A stretch of DNA of 32,000 bases, taken from positions 60,001 through 92,000 of the forward strand of contig JAMWCX010000001.1 of NCBI GenBank assembly GCA_023818895.1. Reading direction: 5' to 3'. The notes below the pieces were generated by a model, which saw only the letters and a list, made by a program, of their open reading frames with translations, was not told the DNA's origin and did not search any database. Origin of the DNA: Candidatus Omnitrophota bacterium (GTDB taxonomy: Bacteria; Omnitrophota; Gorgyraeia; 2-01-FULL-45-10). The translations under genes were made by a program, and so were the position numbers. Below are positions 1 to 10,199 of this stretch, in pieces (position 1 is the stretch's first letter; every line of letters starts with the position of its first letter).

Positions 1-395
1 AGGCGGGCCGATGCGCCGAAAAAGATCTCTTAAAAAACATAAAGAATATAATAATCAAGCGGTGCGGCAATGGCCGCTTTATAAAGGGTTCAGCTAACGC
101 TAAAGATATCGAATGCGCCAAAAAGGGATTTGAGGAAGCAAGGAAGGATATCCTTTCCGGAAAATATGACCTTATTATACTGGATGAGGTCAATATAGCC
201 CTGAAGCTCGGTCTCATAAAGATCGATGAGGTCATAGAACTTATAAGACATAGACCGCGGTGCGTGGAGCTTGTGTTGACAGGTAGATGTTGCCCGAAAA
301 AACTCTTAAGATACGCTGATGTGGTTACGGAGATGAGGAAGATAAAACACCCCTTCGACAAAGGGATACTTGCCCGCAAGGGGATAGAATACTAA
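1..395 (+). CDS. cobO: cob(I)alamin / cob(I)yrinic acid a,c-diamide adenosyltransferase, C-terminal part (5' end lies outside the window)
   Basis: An open frame phased from nt 3 runs in from the left edge to TAA at 393-395. My translation ends ...GKYDLIILDEVNIALKLGLIKIDEVIELIRHRPRCVELVLTGRCCPKKLLRYADVVTEMRKIKHPFDKGILARKGIEY*. This matches the conserved C-terminus of the CobA/CobO/BtuR family (LDE, ELVLTGR, TEM..KHP.D.G..ARKGIE). It is absent from the ORF track because it has no start codon in the window. Confidence 0.8.
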   Translation, partial: AGRCAEKDLLKNIKNIIIKRCGNGRFIKGSANAKDIECAKKGFEEARKDILSGKYDLIILDEVNIALKLGLIKIDEVIELIRHRPRCVELVLTGRCCPKKLLRYADVVTEMRKIKHPFDKGILARKGIEY

Positions 396-409
396 ATACC
401 GATAAGAGG

Positions 410-1036
410 ATGTTACTATCCGCAGACACAACCTTTCGGAACGCCATTATCATATCGTTCGCGATACATATCTGTGTCCTCTGTCCTCTACATTGGAATT
501 TTTATCTAAAAGATATGGCAAAAAAAATCGAAAACGTCATCGTAGATTACATAGTCCTTGAAGAAAGTCAACCGGCTGTTATCGTCGAGGCTGAGCCAAA
601 ACAGCTTGAGACACCGAAATTGGATACTGCGCATAAAGTGGAGGCGTTTCCGACGCCGCCTATCGTATCGGCCTCAGAAAAAAGCCCTTCTAACAAAGAC
701 TTTTCGCGTGAACTAGCCGAAAAACAGGCTAAAGTTAAGTCGACCAAAGATTATATTAATTACTACCAGCTTATCCGTGAGAAGATCCGACAGGCCCTCA
801 AGCACCACTACAAGCGTTATCATAAGGAAGGCGAGGTTCGCCTGACGTTTATTCTCCGTTCGGACGGATCGCTTTCCTTCTTTGAAGTAGATAAAAGCGC
901 CTCTGTGAGGGACGAGGTTTTAAGAGATATAGCTATAAGGAGCCTTAAGGAAGCCTCTCCGTTTTCGCCCTTTCCCAAGTCAGTCGATCTTCCGTCGATG
1001 TCCTTCGAAGTCACCGTGGTTTTCAAAAAAGAATAA
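410..1036 (+). CDS. TonB-family protein (N-terminal membrane anchor, Pro-containing linker, TonB-C-like domain)
   Basis: 208-aa ORF. It has an N-terminal hydrophobic segment (NAIIISFAIHICVL) and a linker containing AFPTPPIVSA. The C-terminus (GEVRLTFILRSDGSLSFFEVDKSASVRDEVLRDIAIRSLKEASPFSPFPK...SFEVTVVFK) follows the TonB C-terminal pattern. The exact start is uncertain; an internal ATG near 515 is possible. Confidence 0.6.
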   Translation: MLLSADTTFRNAIIISFAIHICVLCPLHWNFYLKDMAKKIENVIVDYIVLEESQPAVIVEAEPKQLETPKLDTAHKVEAFPTPPIVSASEKSPSNKDFSRELAEKQAKVKSTKDYINYYQLIREKIRQALKHHYKRYHKEGEVRLTFILRSDGSLSFFEVDKSASVRDEVLRDIAIRSLKEASPFSPFPKSVDLPSMSFEVTVVFKKE

Positions 1037-1052
1037 AAATCTAACAAAATTC

Positions 1053-1080
1053 TTGACAAGTTTTCAGGTTTCGATATAAT
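1053..1080 (+). promoter_or_regulatory. sigma70-type promoter of groESL (TTGACA-16 nt-TATAAT)
   Basis: TTGACA at 1053-1058 and TATAAT at 1075-1080 are both perfect hexamers. They lie immediately upstream of the CIRCE element and groES. Confidence 0.65.
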
Positions 1081-1088
1081 AGCTTTTG

Positions 1089-1115
1089 TTAGCACTCGAT
1101 TAAGATGAGTGCTAA
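1089..1115 (+). promoter_or_regulatory. CIRCE operator (HrcA binding site)
   Basis: TTAGCACTC (1089-1097), a 9-nt spacer (GATTAAGAT), then GAGTGCTAA (1107-1115). This is a perfect match to the CIRCE consensus TTAGCACTC-N9-GAGTGCTAA, placed between the promoter and the groES RBS. Confidence 0.92.
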
Positions 1116-1150
1116 AATTTAAACTAAAAATAAAAAGGAGGTATGAGAGT

Positions 1151-1438
1151 ATGAAGATACAACCACTGGCAGACAGGATAGTTGTGAAGGTCCTCGAAGC
1201 CAAAGAGGTGACGAAGGGCGGTATAGTGCTTCCCGATACAGCCAAAGAGAAGCCGCAGGAGGCGGAAGTTATCGCTATAGGAAAGGGAAGGGTCTCGGAC
1301 GATGGCAAGACGATAGCGCCTGAGGTAAAGGTGGGCGACAGGGTGCTTTTTGGTAAGTATTCTGGCACTGAAATAACTATGGATGGAAATGAATATCTTA
1401 TCTTGAAAGAGGAGGATATTCTGGCTATAGTAAAATAA
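1151..1438 (+). CDS. groES: co-chaperonin GroES
   Basis: [46 protein letters not shown]... is a canonical GroES sequence. AAGGAGG at 1135-1141 lies 9 nt upstream of the ATG at 1151. The track ORF start at 1109 would read through the CIRCE element and is rejected. Confidence 0.95.
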   Translation: MKIQPLADRIVVKVLEAKEVTKGGIVLPDTAKEKPQEAEVIAIGKGRVSDDGKTIAPEVKVGDRVLFGKYSGTEITMDGNEYLILKEEDILAIVK

Positions 1439-1505
1439 GGCATGGCGCATGGTATCTAACGGATAGGGAGAAGTTGTTCTATGCCGTTAAGCGCTAAAAA
1501 GATAA

Positions 1506-3167
<1,662 letters not shown>

Positions 3168-3207
3168 TTCAGTAATCTGTGACGAGTAAAAAGAGTAAGT
3201 AACAAAC

Positions 3208-3240
3208 AAAAAGGGCCCCACAAAATCGGGCCCTTTTTGT
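3208..3240 (+). terminator. Rho-independent terminator after groEL
   Basis: GGGCCC (3213-3218), a 9-nt loop, then GGGCCC (3228-3233), followed by TTTTT. A preceding A-run makes the element look bidirectional. Confidence 0.75.
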
Positions 3241-3242
3241 AT

Positions 3243-3271
3243 TTGACAAGAGAATTATAATTATATATTAT
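3243..3271 (+). promoter_or_regulatory. candidate sigma70 promoter for the GuaB3-like gene
   Basis: TTGACA at 3243-3248 and TATTAT at 3266-3271 with a 17-nt spacer. The region is very AT-rich, so the -10 assignment is ambiguous. Confidence 0.4.
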
Positions 3272-3340
3272 ATCTTATCCCTTACATTTTTATTTCAAAT
3301 TAACATTTTTGCATATTATAACGATTTATCGGAGGAAAAG

Positions 3341-4504
3341 ATGGCGCAATTCTATATCGGTGTGGACAGGAAGGCGCGTCGCTGCTATGGATTCGGGGAG
3401 ATAGCGCTGGTTCCGGGAAGAATAACTATAAATCCCGAAGACGTGGATACGAGTTTTGAGCTCGGCGGCAAGAAGTACAGGGTTCCGATACTGGCGGCCG
3501 CTATGGATGGCGTTGTAGACGTCAAGTTTGCTATCGCGATGGGTAAACTGGGCGGAATAGCGGTATTAAACCTTGAGGGTGTTCAGACCAGATACGAGGA
3601 TCCCGCCGCTGTCCTGGACAAGATCGCGGAAGCGACGCCCGAAGAGGCGACGAAGCTTGTGCAGGGACTCTATCTTGAGCCTATAAAGGAAGAGCTTATT
3701 TCAAAAAGGATAGAGGAGATCAAAAAAGGCGGCGCCCCGGCCGTTGTGAGCGCTATACCTCAGAGGGCGGAGCGCTTTGTCGCTATAGCGGAAGAAGCCG
3801 GTGCCGATATATTCGTTGTTCAGTCCACCGTTACTACGGTAAAACATATCTCCAAGTCTTACAAGGCGCTTGATTTCAAAAAGTTTTGCAAATCGACAAA
3901 GCTTCCCGTAATTATCGGTAATTGTGTCAGCTATGAGGTGGCGCTCGAGCTCATGGAAACCGGTTGCAGCGCCCTTCTGGTTGGTATAGGGCCCGGCGCG
4001 GCATGCACTACCCGCGGTGTCCTCGGCATAGGCGTGCCTCAGGTGACGGCTACTATTGACTGCGCGGCCGCAAGAGACGCATACTATAAAAAGAAGAAAA
4101 GATACGTTCCTATCATCACGGATGGCGGCATGTCAACCGGCGGCGATATCTGCAAGGCTTTCGCATGCGGAGCGGACGCGGTAATGGTTGGATCGGCCTT
4201 TGCCCGCGCCGCGGAGGCGCCGGGCAGGGGATTCCATTGGGGCATGGCGACTCCTCACGCCAACCTGCCGCGCGGAACACGGGTGAAAGTCGGAGTGATG
4301 GGAACGCTTGAAGAGATATTGTATGGTCCGGCAAAGGTCGATGACGGTTCGCAGAATCTGATGGGCGCGCTGCAGACTTCGATGGGTAATGTCGGCGCTA
4401 GGAACATAAAAGAGATGCAGAAAACAGAGATCATTATAGCACCTTCCATACAGACCGAGGGAAAGGTCTTCCAAGTAGCCCAGCGCGTAGGAATGGGAAA
4501 GTAG
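3341..4504 (+). CDS. IMP dehydrogenase-related protein, GuaB3-like (TIM barrel, no CBS insert)
   Basis: 387 aa with an IMPDH/GMPR-type barrel. Supporting motifs are VDRKARRCYGFGEIALVPGR, PILAAAMDGVVD, GIGPGAACTTRGVLGIGVPQVTAT and ITDGGMSTGGDICKAFACGADAVMVGS. The length and missing Bateman domain fit the GuaB3 subgroup rather than a true GuaB. Confidence 0.8.
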   Translation: MAQFYIGVDRKARRCYGFGEIALVPGRITINPEDVDTSFELGGKKYRVPILAAAMDGVVDVKFAIAMGKLGGIAVLNLEGVQTRYEDPAAVLDKIAEATPEEATKLVQGLYLEPIKEELISKRIEEIKKGGAPAVVSAIPQRAERFVAIAEEAGADIFVVQSTVTTVKHISKSYKALDFKKFCKSTKLPVIIGNCVSYEVALELMETGCSALLVGIGPGAACTTRGVLGIGVPQVTATIDCAAARDAYYKKKKRYVPIITDGGMSTGGDICKAFACGADAVMVGSAFARAAEAPGRGFHWGMATPHANLPRGTRVKVGVMGTLEEILYGPAKVDDGSQNLMGALQTSMGNVGARNIKEMQKTEIIIAPSIQTEGKVFQVAQRVGMGK

Positions 4505-4642
4505 TTTAAAATTCAAGATCAAATATCCCAGGTCAACCGGCAAAAAAGCCGGAGACTGCGGAACGACAATACAAAATTCAAAATATTTGAATTTTGAAAA
4601 AAGTTTTGATATTTACATTTTGATTTTCGGAATTTCATAGTA

Positions 4643-7600
4643 ATGACTCACTCCGACTTTGTCCACTTGCACCTCCACACGCAGTACAGCCTTCTTGACG
4701 GCGCTTGTATCCTGGAGTCTCTTATAAAGAAGATAAAAGAATATAAAATGCCGGCATGCGCCATAACCGACCACGGCAATATGTTTGGCGCAATAGAGTT
4801 TTACGACCTCGCGATGAAAAACGGCATTAAGCCCATAATAGGCAGCGAGGTTTATATAGCCCCAGATTCCAGGTTTGAGAAGGCAAGTCACGGCATTCAA
4901 GAAGCTTCATTTCACCTTATCCTGCTGGTAAAGAACGAAACCGGTTACAAAAACCTTATGAAACTCGTGTCAGCTGGCTTTCTCGAGGGGTTCTACTATA
5001 GGCCTCGGATAGATAAGGAGATACTTTCTCAGCATTCAAGCGGACTTATCGGTACTTCCGCCTGCCTGAAAGGCGAGATACCGCATCTTATAAACACAGG
5101 ACGGCTTGACCAGGCACGTAAGGTTATCGAGGAATACCGAAGTATTTTCGGTAAGGACGATTTCTATCTCGAAATACAGGATAACCTCATACCGGAGCAG
5201 GAGAAGGTTAATGAAGAGATCCTGAACATAGCCAAAGAGATGGGAATAGGGGTGGTCGCGACCAACGACGTGCATTACATAGAGAAGGAGCATGCCAAAG
5301 CGCACGAAACACTTCTCTGCATACAGACACAGACGACGATAGACGACCCCAACAGGATGAGGTTGCAGACAGATGAATTCTATTTAAAATCCAAAGATGA
5401 GATGAGTCGTACTTTTGCGAGAGTTGCGCCAGAGGCCATTAAGAACACTATGGTCATCGCGGAAAAGTGCAACCTTGAACTTGATTTTAAGAAACATCAC
5501 CTCCCCAATTACAAGGTCCCAGAGGGCAAGACCAAAGAAGGATACCTAAGAGAACTTGTTTATGAAGGCATTAAGAAACGGTATCCTGATGCGGATAAGG
5601 CAGTCTATGACCGAGTCGAGCACGAACTCAAGGTTATAGAAAGATTTGGGTATCCCAGCTATTTTCTTATCGCATGGGATTTCGTAAGTTACGCCAAACA
5701 GAGCGGCATACCTGTAGGGCCGGGCCGCGGCAGCGCGGCGGGAAGCGTTGTGAGTTACGCTCTGGGCATAACAAATATCGACCCACTTAAGTATGATCTG
5801 CTTTTTGAACGTTTTCTAAATCCCGAGAGGATAAGTCTGCCGGATATAGATATCGATTTCTGTTTCGAGAGAAGGGGAGAGGTTATAGATTATGTTGTTA
5901 AGAAATACTCAAAAGATAACGTCGCGCAGATCATAACTTTTGGGACTATGATGGCAAAGGCCGCTATTAGGGATACCGGTCGTGCCCTCGGTATGGCTTA
6001 TGCCGATGTTGACAGGATAGCCAAACTTGTTCCCAACGACCTTAACATTACGCTGGCTCAGGCCCTCGAGCAGGAACCGGAGCTTAAGGCCCTTTACAAG
6101 AACGATCCTAAGATAGCGGAGCTTATCGAGACCTCGATGGTTCTTGAGGGCCTGACTCGCCACGCCTCAACGCATGCCGCAGGTATCGTAATAAGCGAAG
6201 AGCCTCTCGTTAATTATGTTCCACTTTATAAGATGCAGGAAGGGCAGATAACCACGGCGTATCCCATGACGTCTCTGGAAAAGATAGGCCTGCTGAAGAT
6301 GGACCTTCTGGGCCTGCGTACACTCACAGTCATAAGCGAAGCGGTGAAGATAATAAAGCGCACAAGAGGGATAGATCTCAATATAGATGATATACCAATA
6401 GACGATAAGAAGACCTATAGACTGCTTGCCAACGCTGAATCAACCGGTGTCTTCCAGCTGGAAAGCTCGGGCATGAAGGACCTTTTGAAAAAACTAAACC
6501 CGGAGAGATTCGAAGATATAATAGCGCTTCTGGCGCTCTTCCGCCCTGGCCCCATAGGATCAGGGATGCTGGATGATTTCATGAAGCGAAAGCACGGCGA
6601 GATAAAGATACGTTACGACCACAAGAATCTCGAGCCTATACTCAAGGAGACTTATGGGGTAATTCTCTACCAGGAGCAGGCGATGAGGATAGCCAGTAAT
6701 CTTGCTGGCTTTACCCTGGCCCAGGCCGATAACCTTCGCCGCGCGATGGCTAAAAAGACCCCTGAGGTGATGGTCGAGATGAGAAATCACTTCGTTAACG
6801 GCTGCCTCAAGAACGGGATAGACAAGCGCAGCGCGGATAAGATATTCGATCAGATAGAATACTTTGCCGGTTACGGTTTCAACAAATCACATTCGACCGC
6901 CTACGCTCTTATAAGCTATAGGACCGCATATCTTAAAGCAAACTACCCGATAGAGTTCATGACAGCCCTTCTTACCAGTGAAAAGGATAACCTTGATAAG
7001 ATAGCGCAGTACATAAACGAGGCGCAAAGGATGGGAATCAGGATATTGCCTCCGGACATCAATGAAAGCTACGCCAACTTTACTGTAGTCGGTGATTCGA
7101 TCAGATTTGGGCTGGCGGCTGTGAAAAACGTAGGGGAGGGCGCGATAGAGTCTATAATCGCCTCGAGAAGGAAAAACGGCAAGTTCAGGTCAATATATGA
7201 TTTTACGGAAAAAGTTGATTCCAGGCTCGTCAACAGAAAGGTTATAGAAAGCCTTATAAAGTGCGGCGCGATGGACTCGCTCGGCCTTTTTCGCTCGCAG
7301 CTATCGGCAATGATCGACAAGGCGATGGAGGTCGCCGGCGGCGTGCAGAAGGACAGGGTTAATGGCCAGCTGTCATTTTTCGAAAGTTTTGCGGACGAAG
7401 AGAACTTTAAGAGGACTTATCAGCAGATTCCCAACATACCAGAATGGCCCGAAAACCAGCTTCTTGCTTACGAAAAGGAGATGCTCGGTTTCTACATAAC
7501 CAAGCATCCTTTAGCGAGGTTTGAGAATGTTTTGCGTACCTATTCGACGTGTTCGACCGCGGATTTGAGGAGTCGCAGAGACGGCGAAGAGGTCTTGTTG

Positions 7601-8089
7601 GGAGGGATACTATCAAAGATAAAGCTCACCGTAACCAGGAGAACGAGTGAAAAAATGGCCATCGTTACGTTGGAGGATCTCGATGGTGCGGTCGAGGCGC
7701 TGATATTTCCGACCACATTTTCAAAGGCCGCGGCCCTTATAAAGCAGGACGCGATAGTCTTCGTCAAGGGTCGCCTTAGCCTGAGAGAGGAAGAGCCCAA
7801 GATAGTGGCAAGCGAGGTATCGGCTCTTGAAGCCGTCAGGATGAAGTATACAAAAGCCGTTGTTATAGAGATTCTTACGACCGGCCTGGAAACAAGCTCG
7901 CTGGAGAAGCTCAAGAGGGTTCTTTCGCGATATCCGGGAAGCGTTCCCGCCTACCTAAGATTTACAAAGCCTGATGGAAACAAGACTTTGGTCTCAATCG
8001 GCAGTAATTATCACGTAGAGCCGCACGAGGGGCTGGTTCGTGACGTTGAGAAAATTTTCGGTCGCGACGTCGTGAGTTTCAAGGCGTAG
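4643..8089 (+). CDS. dnaE: DNA polymerase III alpha subunit
   Basis: 1148 aa. The N-terminal PHP domain (FVHLHLHTQYSLLDGA) is followed by a pol III alpha core (GPGRGSAAGSVVSYALGITNIDP, PDIDIDF, HAAGIVIS, FNKSHSTAYA) and a C-terminal OB-fold region. Confidence 0.97.
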   Translation: MTHSDFVHLHLHTQYSLLDGACILESLIKKIKEYKMPACAITDHGNMFGAIEFYDLAMKNGIKPIIGSEVYIAPDSRFEKASHGIQEASFHLILLVKNETGYKNLMKLVSAGFLEGFYYRPRIDKEILSQHSSGLIGTSACLKGEIPHLINTGRLDQARKVIEEYRSIFGKDDFYLEIQDNLIPEQEKVNEEILNIAKEMGIGVVATNDVHYIEKEHAKAHETLLCIQTQTTIDDPNRMRLQTDEFYLKSKDEMSRTFARVAPEAIKNTMVIAEKCNLELDFKKHHLPNYKVPEGKTKEGYLRELVYEGIKKRYPDADKAVYDRVEHELKVIERFGYPSYFLIAWDFVSYAKQSGIPVGPGRGSAAGSVVSYALGITNIDPLKYDLLFERFLNPERISLPDIDIDFCFERRGEVIDYVVKKYSKDNVAQIITFGTMMAKAAIRDTGRALGMAYADVDRIAKLVPNDLNITLAQALEQEPELKALYKNDPKIAELIETSMVLEGLTRHASTHAAGIVISEEPLVNYVPLYKMQEGQITTAYPMTSLEKIGLLKMDLLGLRTLTVISEAVKIIKRTRGIDLNIDDIPIDDKKTYRLLANAESTGVFQLESSGMKDLLKKLNPERFEDIIALLALFRPGPIGSGMLDDFMKRKHGEIKIRYDHKNLEPILKETYGVILYQEQAMRIASNLAGFTLAQADNLRRAMAKKTPEVMVEMRNHFVNGCLKNGIDKRSADKIFDQIEYFAGYGFNKSHSTAYALISYRTAYLKANYPIEFMTALLTSEKDNLDKIAQYINEAQRMGIRILPPDINESYANFTVVGDSIRFGLAAVKNVGEGAIESIIASRRKNGKFRSIYDFTEKVDSRLVNRKVIESLIKCGAMDSLGLFRSQLSAMIDKAMEVAGGVQKDRVNGQLSFFESFADEENFKRTYQQIPNIPEWPENQLLAYEKEMLGFYITKHPLARFENVLRTYSTCSTADLRSRRDGEEVLLGGILSKIKLTVTRRTSEKMAIVTLEDLDGAVEALIFPTTFSKAAALIKQDAIVFVKGRLSLREEEPKIVASEVSALEAVRMKYTKAVVIEILTTGLETSSLEKLKRVLSRYPGSVPAYLRFTKPDGNKTLVSIGSNYHVEPHEGLVRDVEKIFGRDVVSFKA

Positions 8090-8160
8090 AGACCAGCCGA
8101 CTAAATGCTTGACTTTAGCCTTTCCCAATGCTACCATAACTCCTTGAAAAATAAAAAGTT

Positions 8161-8619
8161 ATGATAGATCGTAAAACTGAGTCTGATATAAAGTCTGTTA
8201 ATGGTTTCCTGGAGTTCTGGATGAAGTTTCATTCTATATTCACGGAGACTATTTCGAAAGGGATAATATCGGTTGAGGAGGAGTCCAAATTTCTAGAGAC
8301 TCGTGATATGATAAAAGCCAAATATGAGGACCTTAAGAAATCTTTGGAGTTTAAATATATGCCACATGGCCGAATGACCGACCCGGTGGACGATGTCCTC
8401 AAAATAAGTGGGATACGTTTTATGTCGGAAAAGAGCCTCAAGAGACTGAACGAGGATTGGAGAGATTCCTATGTGTTTCTCAACAATATACTGGAGCGCC
8501 TTAAGAATAAGAAGAGGCGACTCGAGGAGTTTAATACCGTAGGTGTCCTGATGAAGAGGCTTTTGGATGCGAGTGGCGCAAAGCTTTCGGCTTTATTCAA
8601 GAAAGGGAGATCATCATGA
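8161..8619 (+). CDS. hypothetical protein (152 aa, predicted helical, no family recognised)
   Basis: Clean ORF in the same orientation as its neighbours. Its stop overlaps the start of the HU/IHF gene in an ATGA junction at 8616-8619. I recognise no motif in it. Confidence 0.55.
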   Translation: MIDRKTESDIKSVNGFLEFWMKFHSIFTETISKGIISVEEESKFLETRDMIKAKYEDLKKSLEFKYMPHGRMTDPVDDVLKISGIRFMSEKSLKRLNEDWRDSYVFLNNILERLKNKKRRLEEFNTVGVLMKRLLDASGAKLSALFKKGRSS

Positions 8620-8888
8620 CAAAGAAGGATATAGTGATGAAGATAGCGGAAGAGAGCGGTTTGAAGCAGATAGACGTTAAGAAGGTGGTGCAGAGGACGC
8701 TCGACCATATAATCGACGCGCTATCAAAAGGAGATGTCGTTGAGTTGCGAAACTTTGGTGTGTTCAAAGTCAAATCGCGAAAGTCGAGGGTCGGCCGTAA
8801 TCCCAAGACGGGCGCCACCGTGCCTATACCTGAGAGAAAAGTGGTCTCGTTCAAGGTAGGTATGGTGATGAAGAAAAAGGTCAAATAG
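8616..8888 (+). CDS. HU/IHF-family DNA-binding protein
   Basis: 90 aa. MTKKDIVMKIAEESGLKQIDVKKVVQRTLDHIIDALSKGDVVELRNFGVFKVKSRKSRVGRNPKTGATVPIPERKVVSFK is the classic HU/IHF fold signature (F-G-F, R-GRNP-TG, P). Confidence 0.9.
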   Translation: MTKKDIVMKIAEESGLKQIDVKKVVQRTLDHIIDALSKGDVVELRNFGVFKVKSRKSRVGRNPKTGATVPIPERKVVSFKVGMVMKKKVK

Positions 8889-8927
8889 TTGTTAGCCGCC
8901 AGTTATTGGTAGTTAGTTAAAGGGAAA

Positions 8928-10199
8928 ATGAAATATAAATCCGTAAAAGGTATGGATGATATACTGCCGCAGGATGTATGGCTGTGGCAGGAGCTTGAAT
9001 CAAGGGCGCGCAAGGAATTGGAATCTTCCGGTTATGTGGAAATACGTACGCCAATTCTGGAAGAAACGGCGGTATTCATTCGTGGCATAGGCGAGACGAC
9101 GGATATAGTGACAAAGGAGATGTTCACATTCTCCGACCGTAAGGAGAGATCTCTTACTATGCGTCCGGAAGGAACAGCGCCCATAGTGCGCTCGTATATA
9201 GAACATTCGCTTGGAAATATATCGCCGGTATTGCGGCTCTATTATATCGGGCCGATGTTCAGGGCCGAGAGGCCGCAGAAAGGAAGGTCGCGGCAGTTTC
9301 ACCAGATAGGGGTGGAGGTGATAGGTAGTTTTTCGCCGTATGCGGACGTCGAAGTACTCGCGCAGCTTGATAAGTTGCTCAAAGCCTTTGGCCTCAGCGG
9401 TTATGTAATCAAACTGAACAGCCTCGGCTGCAAGTCGGATAAGCTTAAGTTCACCGAAAGCCTTAAACAGTATCTTGCCGATAAGATAAATCTTCTCTGC
9501 GAGGACTGTAGGAACAGGGTGGGCAAAAACGTATTGCGCGTGCTGGATTGTAAGAAAGAATCCTGCACCCAGGCTATGCGCGGCGCGCCGAACATACTCG
9601 ACAATATGTGCTTAAAATGCGCCAGGCACTTTGAAGAGGTCAAGAGCTCCCTTAAGGCGCTCGGTATCAATTTTCAGGAAACAAAGAATCTTGTGAGAGG
9701 GCTTGATTATTACACGGCGACCGTATTTGAGATAACGCACCCCGCTTTAGGCACTCAGGATGCCATAGGCGCCGGCGGCAGGTACGACAATTTGATAAAG
9801 GATATGGGGGGTGAATGTGCTGGTGCTGTGGGATACGCCTTGGGGCTGGAGAGGATAATTCTGGCGCTTAAAGGACATGCCGCGCGCAAGCCAGATAGGA
9901 ACGTTATTTATATAGCGACCCTAGGTGATGCCGCTAGGCTGGAGGGCCTAAAAATATCCGAGAGTCTCAAGGATGGGTTAGCGCTGCCTAATCTGGTAGT
10001 TTTGAGAGATATGGGCGAGGCTTCTCTGAAGTCACAGATGCGTTCGGCCGATAGACAAAATGCCAAGGTTGTCATAATACTGGGTGAGGATGAGATGAAA
10101 GAAAAAAAACTCACAATAAAGGATATGCGGCCTGGAGGGTCGCAGGTGTCCGTCGCGGCTGAGTTGGTTGTTGAGGAGGTAAGGAGGATACTGTGCTGA
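8928..10199 (+). CDS. hisS: histidine--tRNA ligase
   Basis: 423 aa with class II aaRS motifs typical of HisRS: GMDDILPQD, MRPEGTAPIVR, YYIGPMFRAERPQKGRSRQFHQIGVE and GGGRYDNL. Confidence 0.95.
   Translation: MKYKSVKGMDDILPQDVWLWQELESRARKELESSGYVEIRTPILEETAVFIRGIGETTDIVTKEMFTFSDRKERSLTMRPEGTAPIVRSYIEHSLGNISPVLRLYYIGPMFRAERPQKGRSRQFHQIGVEVIGSFSPYADVEVLAQLDKLLKAFGLSGYVIKLNSLGCKSDKLKFTESLKQYLADKINLLCEDCRNRVGKNVLRVLDCKKESCTQAMRGAPNILDNMCLKCARHFEEVKSSLKALGINFQETKNLVRGLDYYTATVFEITHPALGTQDAIGAGGRYDNLIKDMGGECAGAVGYALGLERIILALKGHAARKPDRNVIYIATLGDAARLEGLKISESLKDGLALPNLVVLRDMGEASLKSQMRSADRQNAKVVIILGEDEMKEKKLTIKDMRPGGSQVSVAAELVVEEVRRILC

Noticed and set aside
1109-1150. N-terminal extension of groES proposed by the ORF track ([14 protein letters not shown]...).
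   Set aside because: The extension would be translated from inside the CIRCE operator and lacks an RBS. The ATG at 1151 has AAGGAGG at ideal spacing and gives the canonical MKIQPL GroES N-terminus.
4537-4552. CCGGC-AAAAAA-GCCGG hairpin after the GuaB3-like gene, considered as a terminator.
   Set aside because: It has only a 5-bp stem and no downstream T-tract, which is too weak to call.
8889-8927. Possible T-box or other leader upstream of the hisS-aspS pair, as found in Firmicutes.
   Set aside because: Only 39 nt separate the HU/IHF gene from hisS, far too short for a T-box. There is no specifier or terminator structure.
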